Of a stretch of DNA of 26,780 bases, positions 5,717-13,476 are shown piece by piece; the stretch's first letter is position 1; each line of letters opens with the position of its first letter. This DNA is from a virus (lineage: Duplodnaviria; Caudoviricetes): IMG/VR virus record IMGVR_UViG_3300020043_004036, positions 1 to 26,780 of that record. One strand, given 5' to 3'. A program made the position numbers and the translations under genes. Below the pieces are notes generated by a model. The model had not been told where the DNA came from and did no database searches. It worked only from the letters and a program-made list of their open reading frames with translations.

Positions 5717-6126
5717 GGCAATTCTTCCCTGACCAACACATCAACTTTTGAATCTGTGTCGTAGCGTTTTGACACTCGCAACTTAACGACCTGCACATCA
5801 TCTTTGTAGACAATGCCGTTCATTGCATCAAGAAAAACTTTAGCAACGTTATCAAGGTCAGGCTTTTTAGGCCAATCCAAACCGTTTAAACAGGCTTCCT
5901 TGCGCTTTTTGGAGTAGCTGGCGGGGATAGCATGGCTTATCCAAATAAAGATTGCTACAGGCGTTTGTAGCGGCTCTGATGAACCCATTGCTTGACTTGC
6001 TTTGCTAGCAATGATGGTTTCATAGTCCACTGTCTTTTTTGGCGTGTATGTCCGACCACGGGAAAACCTTGGTCTTTGTTTGCCAACAGGATCGCCTTCA
6101 ACGCTGTAAGTTACTTGAAACGTCAT
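5713..6126 (-). CDS. rusA: RusA-family Holliday junction resolvase
   Basis: GKQRPR, YTP.KT..YE, KKPDLDNVAK..LDAMNGIVYKDD.QV catalytic motifs. Confidence 0.9.
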   Translation of the reverse strand: MTFQVTYSVEGDPVGKQRPRFSRGRTYTPKKTVDYETIIASKASQAMGSSEPLQTPVAIFIWISHAIPASYSKKRKEACLNGLDWPKKPDLDNVAKVFLDAMNGIVYKDDVQVVKLRVSKRYDTDSKVDVLVREELP

Positions 6127-6233
6127 AGCGGCGACTCCCCTGCGTCTTCACGCTTTTTCTTTTCGTACTCTTGGATTTGTTTGCGTGTCCAAGGAGTTGG
6201 TCCTGATGGTGGTGGAAAGGGCCAAGTGTTCAT
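6123..6233 (-). CDS. Small hypothetical peptide (36 aa)
   Basis: Not in the ORF track. MNTWPFPPPSGPTPWTRKQIQEYEKKKREDAGESPL; ATGA overlaps at both ends. Confidence 0.6.
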   Translation of the reverse strand: MNTWPFPPPSGPTPWTRKQIQEYEKKKREDAGESPL

Positions 6234-6436
6234 TCCAATTCTCCATTTTGTAGTCTTGTCATGTAATCACGAATCCTTGCTACAGAACCCGTGCCGTACT
6301 TTTTTTCCAACCATTCCATTCTTGCTTGCGTAAGAACTTTCTGCTTGGTCACTTGGTAGGTGCAAAGCAATACCCTTGCTTCACCCAACTCAATCATGTA
6401 TCTGTCTCCAGCGTCTTGTATCTGTCTGCGTGTCAT
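6230..6436 (-). CDS. Hypothetical protein (68 aa)
   Basis: ATG at 6436 (MTRRQIQDAG...) is coupled to the stop at 6433. Confidence 0.7.
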   Translation of the reverse strand: MTRRQIQDAGDRYMIELGEARVLLCTYQVTKQKVLTQARMEWLEKKYGTGSVARIRDYMTRLQNGELE

Positions 6437-6621
6437 GGGTAAGGCCAAAGTTGAATCAAGCCCCACTTCATCTTTGGGTACTTGCGAACAGTGTTTGTCT
6501 TTTGCAGACGCTGGATGCTGGCCCACACTTGCTTTGTTGTCCAGCAGGTGATTTCTTCAATCTCTTTGCTGGACAGTTCGCCGTGTTCAAGCAGTTTCTT
6601 CAATGCGTAAACTCTTGTCAT
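6433..6621 (-). CDS. Small winged-HTH-like protein (62 aa)
   Basis: LLEHGELSSKEIEEITCWTTKQVWASIQRL pattern; coupled in the operon. Confidence 0.7.
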   Translation of the reverse strand: MTRVYALKKLLEHGELSSKEIEEITCWTTKQVWASIQRLQKTNTVRKYPKMKWGLIQLWPYP

Positions 6622-6956
6622 TTTTTTACCCTTGCAATTATTTCAGCAATCCGTTTTTTGTTCGCAGCCATTTGCTCTGCTGTTAGTTTGTTTTCCAACA
6701 TTGGCAAGGTAGGTTCAGGTGCTTTCCTGCACATAGCACGAAATTCAAGAACTGTTGGCGGCTTGCCGCTGTCAGGCATGTTTTTCAAAGCATAAGCAAT
6801 TGAGTCAGGATAGTCTTTAAATCCAGCTAACTCATGTGACCAATCAGCTTTGACTTCAGCAATGTCCAAACCTTCCCAACGACCAAGAAAGTCTCGTCCA
6901 TAGATCATGGTCAACTTAGTAAAGATTCTTTCAACCCAAGGCATAGGCAAGCTCAT
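6618..6956 (-). CDS. Replication protein P-like helicase loader/inhibitor
   Basis: Directly follows the initiator; VERIF..L...YG..F..RW and PPT..EFR.MC motifs. Confidence 0.6.
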   Translation of the reverse strand: MSLPMPWVERIFTKLTMIYGRDFLGRWEGLDIAEVKADWSHELAGFKDYPDSIAYALKNMPDSGKPPTVLEFRAMCRKAPEPTLPMLENKLTAEQMAANKKRIAEIIARVKK

Positions 6957-7717
6957 TTGTTCACCTCAATAGCTTTCTGTGAGTCCATGTCAATGGTGCG
7001 AAAGAAATCGCTTGCGTCTTGGTAAGGTGCTTGCTTGGCAATGCTTGGCACTGCTTCTTGCATCTTCAAACGCATTGATCGTTGGTAAACAGTCTCTGTC
7101 TGGTTTTGCTTTTCATCAGACTTTAGCCAAGAAGCCTCAAGCCCTTGTGAACCTCTTGCACACCAGATGGTCAGAAATGCGTTTAGGGTAATGCCGGCCT
7201 TTTCTGCTTCTTTCCTTGCAGACTTCAGTACGGTTTCGGTCACAGGTGCTTTCTTGGCTTTCCTGAGAGACAACCAATCTTCCCACTCTTGTAAACCAAC
7301 ATCAGGTGGGCAAGCAACGCTAGTTGCGTTCTCTCTCTTTGGTTTATGGTTATTGGTTATTGGTTTATGGTTATTGGTTGGTTGAACGTCCGTTGAACGT
7401 ACGCTTGACCTGCGTTCAGCAGATGCTTTACCAGCCTTTGACGCTTGTTCAACTTTTGAGTGGTAATGTTGTATTTCCTTGTCTGCTCTTGGCGAAACAA
7501 AGCCATCATCAGTCGAAACAAAGAACTCATTGAGGACTGTAAGAACGTCCTGCTCCCAATCTCTCATGCCTATTTGTCGAGCAATGTCTCGTTGCTTAAT
7601 AGGTTGTTCGTGGAGATAGTAAAAGTCCAAAAGCCTACGGTAGGCAATATCTTCAATTAAAGAAAGATGACGAGTGTGACTTGCATAGTCACCTATGTGA
7701 AACTGGTAGTAGTGCAT
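6953..7717 (-). CDS. DUF1376 (YdaU-like) replication initiator
   Basis: MHYYQFHIGDYASHTRHLS..E..AYRRLLD.YY..E.P N-terminus, KAGKASA, internal repeats and a W.DWL..RKAKKAP C-terminal domain. Start placed at 7717. Confidence 0.85.
   Translation of the reverse strand: MHYYQFHIGDYASHTRHLSLIEDIAYRRLLDFYYLHEQPIKQRDIARQIGMRDWEQDVLTVLNEFFVSTDDGFVSPRADKEIQHYHSKVEQASKAGKASAERRSSVRSTDVQPTNNHKPITNNHKPKRENATSVACPPDVGLQEWEDWLSLRKAKKAPVTETVLKSARKEAEKAGITLNAFLTIWCARGSQGLEASWLKSDEKQNQTETVYQRSMRLKMQEAVPSIAKQAPYQDASDFFRTIDMDSQKAIEVNK
7340..7400. repeat. Iteron-like direct repeats inside the initiator gene (candidate origin)
   Basis: TGGTTTATGGTTATTGGTT at 7340 and 7361 (period 21); GTTGAACGT at 7381 and 7392. 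Confidence 0.55.
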
Positions 7718-7832
7718 GATTTCCCGCTTTTTCAACACCCTTTGAAGAAACTGCGGCAGGGGAAGGGGTAACCCTTTTCGGTCGGGGGATCAATCCCAAC
7801 CTAGCCGTTGTTTCAAATTACTATACCATTAC

Positions 7833-8252
7833 TCAAGCCCTGCTGTAAACAGTGATCGGGTTGTTGTTGTTGTACTTCTGTTGCGCCAAAACAATCTCAC
7901 GCTTAGTCATGAGTTGTTGCTCTTGGTTGCGCCAGTTAAAAGCATTGCCTGTTGACTTGACTGTTCCATCTTCCCAAGAATTAAGATCAGTCGGTTGATC
8001 TTGTTTAACAACATCCATTGCTTGTTGCTTTTGTGCAACAAATGGTTTGCCTGTTAATTGGTGATGGTAGGCGTACTTGCCGTTACCTTGCAAAACTTTC
8101 TTGACGCAGACAATGTAGCCTTCTTTGACCAATGCGTCTTTGATGGCTGCTGGTGAATCATGGAATCGTGTTGACATGCGGTTCATGATAATTCTATGGC
8201 TTACAGGGCCATTTTTTAGTTGCTCAAGGTAATACGCTTTTGCATGTGACAC
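7833..8252 (-). CDS. Hypothetical protein (139 aa), possible N-terminal winged helix
   Basis: ORF with AAGGA RBS, co-oriented with the replication operon. Confidence 0.75.
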   Translation of the reverse strand: MSHAKAYYLEQLKNGPVSHRIIMNRMSTRFHDSPAAIKDALVKEGYIVCVKKVLQGNGKYAYHHQLTGKPFVAQKQQAMDVVKQDQPTDLNSWEDGTVKSTGNAFNWRNQEQQLMTKREIVLAQQKYNNNNPITVYSRA

Positions 8253-8416
8253 AGGGTTAGTTCCTTCTTTGTGGTTAGTTCAATAGCGCGAGCTAAGACA
8301 GCAACGGTAGCTGCCTCAAAGTCGCCGGGGTCAAAAGTGTATTGCTTTACAGATTGAATTGCAGTGACGCAAAGCTCCTGTGCGGCAACGGTTTCGTGAT
8401 GGTCTGGTGTAGTCAT
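8216..8416 (-). CDS. Hypothetical protein (66 aa), first gene of the leftward operon
   Basis: ATG at 8416 (MTTPDHHE...); overlaps the next gene by 37 nt. Confidence 0.55.
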   Translation of the reverse strand: MTTPDHHETVAAQELCVTAIQSVKQYTFDPGDFEAATVAVLARAIELTTKKELTLCHMQKRITLSN

Positions 8417-8642
8417 GCTGGCAAGGTTATCATTGTTGACCTGCTTGTCTACTAGGGTTTGTCCTAATATAAAAAACAAGTTTTTCAATTACATTTAAGT
8501 TGTTGGCAACCTAGAACTGTGAAGTCCATCATGGTAAAAAGTTGCAATGCCATCGAAACTTAACGCCAACAAACGAGGTGACTCGTCATTGTTTAGGGAC
8601 GAATTGCAAAAACGGACATTTTTTAACAAGACAGGAGTTCAC
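8417..8642. promoter_or_regulatory. Divergent intergenic control region
   Basis: AT-rich gap between divergent operons; contains the imperfect palindrome TAGGGTTTGTCCTA (8453-8466). Confidence 0.6.
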
Positions 8643-8807
8643 ATGGTAATTACATTGTCCCGCAAAGAAATTGAGAAAATTCTTCTTGATTACGCAAACA
8701 AAGTCGTTGAAGGTTACGGCTTTAATGAAGTTGTTTCTTCTACTTACCGTGATCTGCCAGCCACTATTGAAGTGGTCAAATCAGAGCCAAAAGAGGTGCA
8801 AGAATGA
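8643..8807 (+). CDS. Hypothetical protein (54 aa)
   Basis: AGGAG RBS before ATG 8643. Confidence 0.7.
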   Translation: MVITLSRKEIEKILLDYANKVVEGYGFNEVVSSTYRDLPATIEVVKSEPKEVQE

Positions 8808-8962
8808 ATACATTTCAAATTCGTTGCAAAGCCCGTGAGTTGTTTAAGACTTACGATGCGCCACCACAAGTCATTCAGCAGTACCAGCGCAAGTGGGTGC
8901 GTTCTGTTATCCAGCTTGGCCCTAACTGGCTGCTGGCTCAACCTGTAAGGAAAGTAGCATGA
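8804..8962 (+). CDS. Small conserved phage protein (52 aa)
   Basis: Not in the ORF track. MNTFQIRCKARELF...YQRKWVRSVIQLGPNWLLAQPVRKVA; GAGG RBS; ATGA overlaps at both ends. Confidence 0.7.
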   Translation: MNTFQIRCKARELFKTYDAPPQVIQQYQRKWVRSVIQLGPNWLLAQPVRKVA

Positions 8963-9573
8963 ACGTCTATCAAAAACTTAATGTTGCTCGTAATAAGTTT
9001 CACAACACTGAAATCAAGAAATCAGGTCACAACAAGTTTGCTGGCTACAAATACTTTGAACTTGGCGATTTTATAGTTCCAGCCTTGAGCATTTTTGATG
9101 AAGTTGGTTTGACAAGCATTATTAGCTTTGGCAAAGAGTCTGCTGACATGCGAATCATTAACACTGACAAGCCAGAAGAAATGATTGTCATTGAGTCGCC
9201 AATGTCGGAGGCCAATCTTAAAGGCTGTCATCCCGTGCAGAATCTTGGTGCTGTGCAGACTTACATCCGCAGATACTTGTGGGTTGCTGCGCTTGAGATC
9301 GTAGAACACGATGCGCTTGATTCTTCTAAGCCTGTAGAAGACAAGAAAGTCATTATCACCCCATCACAAGGTATTGCAGACACTATTCCTCCAGAGGAAA
9401 TGCAGTACCTTCAAGAATTAGCAGTCGAGTTGATTGCTAACGTGGCTGAAGGAAACCCAAAGCAAGCCTTAGAAAGACTTGACTCTGAGAATCTTGAGGC
9501 TGATCAAAAGGTTGGACTGTGGTCATTGCTAGACAGCAAGACTCGTTCGGCTATTAAAAAAGCAAAGGAATAA
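8959..9573 (+). CDS. erf: ERF-family single-strand annealing protein
   Basis: KKSG.NKF.GYKYFEL.DF and Q.LGA.QTY.RRY...AL.I.E.D.LD motifs. Confidence 0.85.
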   Translation: MNVYQKLNVARNKFHNTEIKKSGHNKFAGYKYFELGDFIVPALSIFDEVGLTSIISFGKESADMRIINTDKPEEMIVIESPMSEANLKGCHPVQNLGAVQTYIRRYLWVAALEIVEHDALDSSKPVEDKKVIITPSQGIADTIPPEEMQYLQELAVELIANVAEGNPKQALERLDSENLEADQKVGLWSLLDSKTRSAIKKAKE

Positions 9574-9575
9574 AT

Positions 9576-9830
9576 ATGCAATACGACAACACCAATCGCG
9601 GAGCCATCTTTAAAAACGATGACAAGCAACAAGACAATCATCCAGACTACAAAGGCAGTCTGAACGTCAATGGCGTTGACATGTGGGTGTCAGGATGGCT
9701 TAAAACGTCCGACAAGACGGGCAAAAAGTTTATGAGCCTGTCGGTTAAGCCAAAAGAAGATAAGCCCGTTAAACAGGCTTCTAGCCCAAAGCGGCAACCT
9801 GTTGAAATGGATGACGATATCCCATTTTGA
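9576..9830 (+). CDS. Phage single-stranded DNA-binding protein-like
   Basis: NRGAIFKN...HPDY.G...W.SGW.K...G.KFMSL with an acidic DDDIPF tail; follows erf. Confidence 0.75.
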   Translation: MQYDNTNRGAIFKNDDKQQDNHPDYKGSLNVNGVDMWVSGWLKTSDKTGKKFMSLSVKPKEDKPVKQASSPKRQPVEMDDDIPF

Positions 9831-9835
9831 TTAAC

Positions 9836-9915
9836 GGGGGAAAGCGGATGCTGACGAGTCATTGTTCTAGGCAGTGCAGGATGATCTCTAGGAAGTTAGA
9901 CGCAGCGAGTACCCC
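9836..9915 (+). ncRNA. Candidate structured RNA element (long hairpin with loop-E-like motif)
   Basis: GGGG-GAA / AGTA-CCCC outer motif, then GCG/CGC, CTGAC/GTTAG and GAGTCAT/ATGATCTC stems. Confidence 0.45.
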
Positions 9916-9984
9916 ACCTTAATTAAATTAGCAATGTTATTGGCATTTAATAAGGTTGCTAACATTTATAACTTAGGACAAAAC

Positions 9985-10296
9985 ATGACATACGCAAAAA
10001 CATTCAAAGACTTCTTTGACATCAAGTTTCCTCGTGTCCGTGCGACTGATCCAATTGAGTCGTTTGAGGCTGCTGATTTAATCGTAGAGTCTGCATCAAA
10101 GCATTGGAATCTTATTGCTGATTGTTTAAGAGAGCATGGGCCACTTGGCAAAGATGGCATTGCAAGGTTAACTGGTCTTGATGGCAATCAAGTTGCTCGG
10201 CGCATGAACGAAATGAAAGTTATGGGCATGGTGTTTTTAACAGGCAAGACAGTTAAATCAAACTCAGGACGTAACGAAAGAGAGTGGACAGTATGA
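9985..10296 (+). CDS. Winged-HTH DNA-binding protein
   Basis: R.TDP..S..AA motif followed by L...GPL....IA..TGL....V.RR..E; AGGA RBS before 9985. Confidence 0.75.
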   Translation: MTYAKTFKDFFDIKFPRVRATDPIESFEAADLIVESASKHWNLIADCLREHGPLGKDGIARLTGLDGNQVARRMNEMKVMGMVFLTGKTVKSNSGRNEREWTV

Positions 10297-10607
10297 AAGA
10301 AACACAATCGTATAGCAGCACAGAGTTTGCTGTAATGCAGTGGGCAAAAGACCGAGGCATTTACGAAAATGGTACAGCACTAGGCCAAGCAAAGAAGACG
10401 CTTGAAGAAGCTGGTGAGTTGCTTGCTGCTGTTGCCAGTAATGACCGTGAGGAAATTGCAGATGCCATTGGTGACGTTATGGTCACGCTGGTCAACGTAA
10501 GCGTATTGTGAGACATGGACTTACGCCAGTGCTTTTACAAGGCTTTTAAAGTCATAGAACCAAGGCAAGGTTACATGAACAAAAACGGTCAATTTGTTAA
10601 AGCATGA
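10293..10607 (+). pseudogene. MazG-like nucleotide pyrophosphohydrolase interrupted by an in-frame TGA (10509-10511)
   Basis: WA.DRGI...Q..K..EE.GEL...DAIGD..VTL. The frame continues past TGA as DMDLRQCFYKAFKVIEPRQGYMNKNGQFVKA, matching the family C-terminus, and ends ATGA-coupled to the next gene. Confidence 0.8.
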
Positions 10608-10792
10608 ACACTTTACCGTTTGATTACTCAAGATGTCAGCCAGAGTTACCAGACTCACACTGCAAGAACTGCCGCAGATGGTTTCATCACCCTGAACAAG
10701 TGAACAATCCTTACGGTCAGTCTTTTGTCAGTGTTGAGTCCAGTAGCTCAGAGGCTTGCTGCTATATGCCAATTTCACTCTTGAAGAAATAG
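10604..10792 (+). CDS. Small Cys-rich protein (62 aa)
   Basis: LPFDYSRC......HCKNCRR...CC; last gene of the + operon, overlapping the lysozyme end. Confidence 0.7.
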   Translation: MNTLPFDYSRCQPELPDSHCKNCRRWFHHPEQVNNPYGQSFVSVESSSSEACCYMPISLLKK

Positions 10793-11281
10793 GGCAATCT
10801 CGGCTTCCCTGCGCCGCACCAGACCGGGCAGGACTTTCCCGCCTCCCTTTGTCCACATTCTGAAGGCTTGGGCTGCGCCTTCCCAATCGCCCCGGTTTGC
10901 CTTCATGCGGATGGTGCTGCGTTGGAGGTTGCCTAGTCCGAAGTTAAAGGAAATAGAGACAAGAGCGTCAAAAGCGCCTTGCTTGCCAACAACGCCGGGA
11001 ACAAGTCGAAGAACACCACGTTCAAAATGAGCAATGCTGCGGTCGAATAACTGATTGATTTCTTCCTTTGACCAGACACGGCTGTCCTCCTGACGCAGTG
11101 GATACTCTTTTCGAATCATGCCCGTGTAACCTTCTTTGCGTACAACAGGTAGGCGGATTTGGTCTTGATATAAAACCTCTCCAAAACCGACCGTCCAAAT
11201 TTGCGCCGGGCAAAGGTAAGGCTTGTTTCTGCACCCCTCAAAGCGGTGCATTAGGTCTGCGCCAGCTTTGGACAGTTTCAC
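10775..11281 (-). CDS. Endolysin, GH24 phage lysozyme
   Basis: FEGCRNKPYLCPAQIWTVGFG (E-x8-C-x5-T triad), FDALVS..FN.G.G, W.K.GG.VL.GL.RRR..E..LF. Confidence 0.92.
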   Translation of the reverse strand: MKLSKAGADLMHRFEGCRNKPYLCPAQIWTVGFGEVLYQDQIRLPVVRKEGYTGMIRKEYPLRQEDSRVWSKEEINQLFDRSIAHFERGVLRLVPGVVGKQGAFDALVSISFNFGLGNLQRSTIRMKANRGDWEGAAQAFRMWTKGGGKVLPGLVRRREAEIALFLQE

Positions 11282-11802
11282 TTCTTGCTCCAGCCTCTTG
11301 ACCCAAACCAGTAGCCCAAAATTCCACCAAGCATAGCCATTTCATCTGCACTAAACACTACATCTGCATAGCGCAGCACATCGTCTATGCTGGTGATCAA
11401 ACCGGGGTGCTGCCACAGGTAGTAACACAGGAAGGCGTTGATCGCCACCAGTTCAGCAACGAAGATGTAGGTCACTGTCGGGCGCACTGTGCCCACGTAG
11501 CTGGCAACCCATGTAGATGCCTTGGCGAGCACTGCTTTGTCGTGGTCCTGAGCGCCACGCACCATGTCTGCTTCAGCCTCGGCCATCTGCGCTTGGGTTT
11601 GCATGGCGACTTGCTCAGTGCGGATTTCTTCAACACGAGCTTGTGCAGCAAAGCCAGCAGCAGCAAGTGCCAATTCGCGTTCCGTTTGAACAGAAGCCAA
11701 AGCCAGTTCATGTTTTTGGTCAGCCTTGTTCTGAAAGTATTCCAGCAGTTTGGGCAAGCCAGAAATCAGCAGACCCCCAAGAGTTGAAATTAGTGAAAGC
11801 AT
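11278..11802 (-). CDS. Holin-like protein, GTA 3TM holin type
   Basis: N-terminal hydrophobic helix, coiled coil, W...Y.G.VRP..TY, two TM segments and G.WFGSR; adjacent to the lysozyme. Confidence 0.7.
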   Translation of the reverse strand: MLSLISTLGGLLISGLPKLLEYFQNKADQKHELALASVQTERELALAAAGFAAQARVEEIRTEQVAMQTQAQMAEAEADMVRGAQDHDKAVLAKASTWVASYVGTVRPTVTYIFVAELVAINAFLCYYLWQHPGLITSIDDVLRYADVVFSADEMAMLGGILGYWFGSRGWSKK

Positions 11803-12410
11803 TAGTTACCCCTTTTGGTTAGCATGGCGCTGGCAATTTCCAGCATAAATTTTACTTGCTCTAGGTTTTCTGGTTGTTCATTCCAACCAACCGTAATTTG
11901 TCCGACAAACCGATGTGAGTCTGGTGGTACGCTTACCCGACAGGTAAACCCAACACCTTTTTCTAAGTACCAAAGCCCAACCTCAGACTGAGCAAAACGG
12001 TATTCCCCGCATGGAATCTCGTTAGTCATCAACTTGACCACATCAGCATTGTTTGCTGAGTTCTGGCTAAACAATCCAACATCAATGTCTTCAATCGTTT
12101 TGTCTCTACCATCCTTTGTGTAGGCCCGGTACAGCACCCGGCTGTTGAACAAAGGGTTGACCTTGAATACCGCCACCACCGTAGCTCCCGTCTTCTTGAG
12201 CAGCATGGAGCTTGCGTCATCAGCCCTTGAGGTGTTGATCTCCGGCAGCTTCTTGGACTCCTTGTAGGCATCGCGCATGAACTCTTGGTTCTGCCAGAGG
12301 AAGTAACCGGCAAAAGCCACCACGCCCATGACAAGGATGGCAAACAGCTTAAATGGGCTGTCTACGTAGGTCAACACCCTATCAACAACGGACGCTGGTT
12401 TGTTGCTCAT
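11802..12410 (-). CDS. Single-TM protein with a large C-terminal domain, T4 gpT-holin-like architecture
   Basis: One N-proximal TM followed by a ~160-aa soluble domain with two Cys; short motifs resemble T4 T as recalled; lies in the lysis cassette. Confidence 0.55.
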   Translation of the reverse strand: MSNKPASVVDRVLTYVDSPFKLFAILVMGVVAFAGYFLWQNQEFMRDAYKESKKLPEINTSRADDASSMLLKKTGATVVAVFKVNPLFNSRVLYRAYTKDGRDKTIEDIDVGLFSQNSANNADVVKLMTNEIPCGEYRFAQSEVGLWYLEKGVGFTCRVSVPPDSHRFVGQITVGWNEQPENLEQVKFMLEIASAMLTKRGN

Positions 12411-12853
12411 CTTAGGTGATTCATGTATATGATGAAGCCTCCAACCAGAAGGCCAGCAAGCACAATTACAGCCAAGCCGATAGCGATGTACTCCGCTAAG
12501 TCTTCAAGCTCTTGCTTGCGCCTTTGAGCCTCTTTAGCGGCTGCTTCCTTGGCCTCCCTGCGCTTACGTGCTGCTGCTGCTTGAAATTTTATCCAATCAT
12601 TCCACATTCCCGGTCTGCCAGCGTAGACCATGCGCTCACGCAATTCTTCTTCTTGCTGCTTAAGTTGCTCAAGAGCCATGAATTCTTCAAGGTCTGAGCC
12701 GCCACCTTTCTTGGTAGCGTTTTCTTGAATCTTGGCTTTGCTGTCGAAGTAGTCAAAGACTCTTGAGCCAAGTTGATGAAGCTCTTTGCCGTTAGCCAGT
12801 GCTTGCTTAATGACAGAAAATGCCGCATTTGCAGCCATCAACTCAGCAATCAC
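12407..12853 (-). CDS. Coiled-coil protein with a C-terminal TM helix
   Basis: GTG start; charged helical core; YIAIGLAVIVLAGLLVGGFIIY TM. Confidence 0.75.
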   Translation of the reverse strand: MIAELMAANAAFSVIKQALANGKELHQLGSRVFDYFDSKAKIQENATKKGGGSDLEEFMALEQLKQQEEELRERMVYAGRPGMWNDWIKFQAAAARKRREAKEAAAKEAQRRKQELEDLAEYIAIGLAVIVLAGLLVGGFIIYMNHLR

Positions 12854-12942
12854 AGCAACACCTCAACAAACACTTTGACGCACCAGATTACCATGCCAAC
12901 AAGACAGGCCGCTGCAATAAAGCTGACGGCCCAATCTTTCAT
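12850..12942 (-). CDS. Small membrane peptide (30 aa)
   Basis: Not in the ORF track. MKDWAVSFIAAACLVGMVIWCVKVFVEVLL; 4-nt overlaps at both ends. Confidence 0.6.
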   Translation of the reverse strand: MKDWAVSFIAAACLVGMVIWCVKVFVEVLL

Positions 12943-13145
12943 ATGCCAAAGACTTTTTTGACGAACTCAGCAGCAACACCGGGGCCAAGCAGCACAGCAG
13001 CAATGACAGCGTAAAGCAGATACTCGATCTTTGCCATGCGCTTTGAGCCTGACTCAAAAGACTTTTGGATGCCCTCATAACGATGGGCGCAAACTTGCTC
13101 GTGTGTGGTCAATCTAGCCTCCGTTGCGTCGATCTGCTCAGACAT
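12939..13145 (-). CDS. Small coiled-coil + TM protein (XhlA-like architecture)
   Basis: RL..HE.VCA.RY..I......RM..IE followed by a hydrophobic helix; GGAG RBS; first gene of the lysis cassette. Confidence 0.75.
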   Translation of the reverse strand: MSEQIDATEARLTTHEQVCAHRYEGIQKSFESGSKRMAKIEYLLYAVIAAVLLGPGVAAEFVKKVFGI

Positions 13146-13161
13146 GTACTACTCCGAAAAA

Positions 13162-13476
13162 TTAAGCCCACACGCGCCGCGGCACAGTAGGGTGTACTTC
13201 ATATGCTTGCAAGGCTTCAGCATCTTCATCCACCACACGCACGTTGACGTGCCAGCCCTCGATTGGAGCCATCACAGGCACAGCCATGCCGTCCTGCTCT
13301 GTTGTCTCGCCTGTGGGCTTGTAGATGATGCCGATGGTGTCAATGTTGGCGTAGTTGGGCGTGACGTAAGCCTCTGCGGTCACGTTGCCTTCTTCATCCG
13401 TTACAGCATCGTGTGTGGTGTACAGCACTGCATCAGCAGCAGCTTGGTCGGGAAAGGATAAGTACAGGTCGGTCAT
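13162..13476 (-). CDS. Fibre-associated small acidic protein
   Basis: DLYL.F.D...GWHVNVR...P..P.RVWA; coupled to the fibre gene. Confidence 0.75.
   Translation of the reverse strand: MTDLYLSFPDQAAADAVLYTTHDAVTDEEGNVTAEAYVTPNYANIDTIGIIYKPTGETTEQDGMAVPVMAPIEGWHVNVRVVDEDAEALQAYEVHPTVPRRVWA

Noticed and set aside
10509-10511. Genome-wide TGA recoding or selenocysteine
   Set aside because: TGA is the normal stop in many ATGA-coupled genes here; no suppressor tRNA or convincing SECIS hairpin was seen.
12850-12942. Lipoprotein (o-spanin) based on IAAAC
   Set aside because: Poor lipobox, very short signal region, and a hydrophobic rather than Pro-rich remainder.
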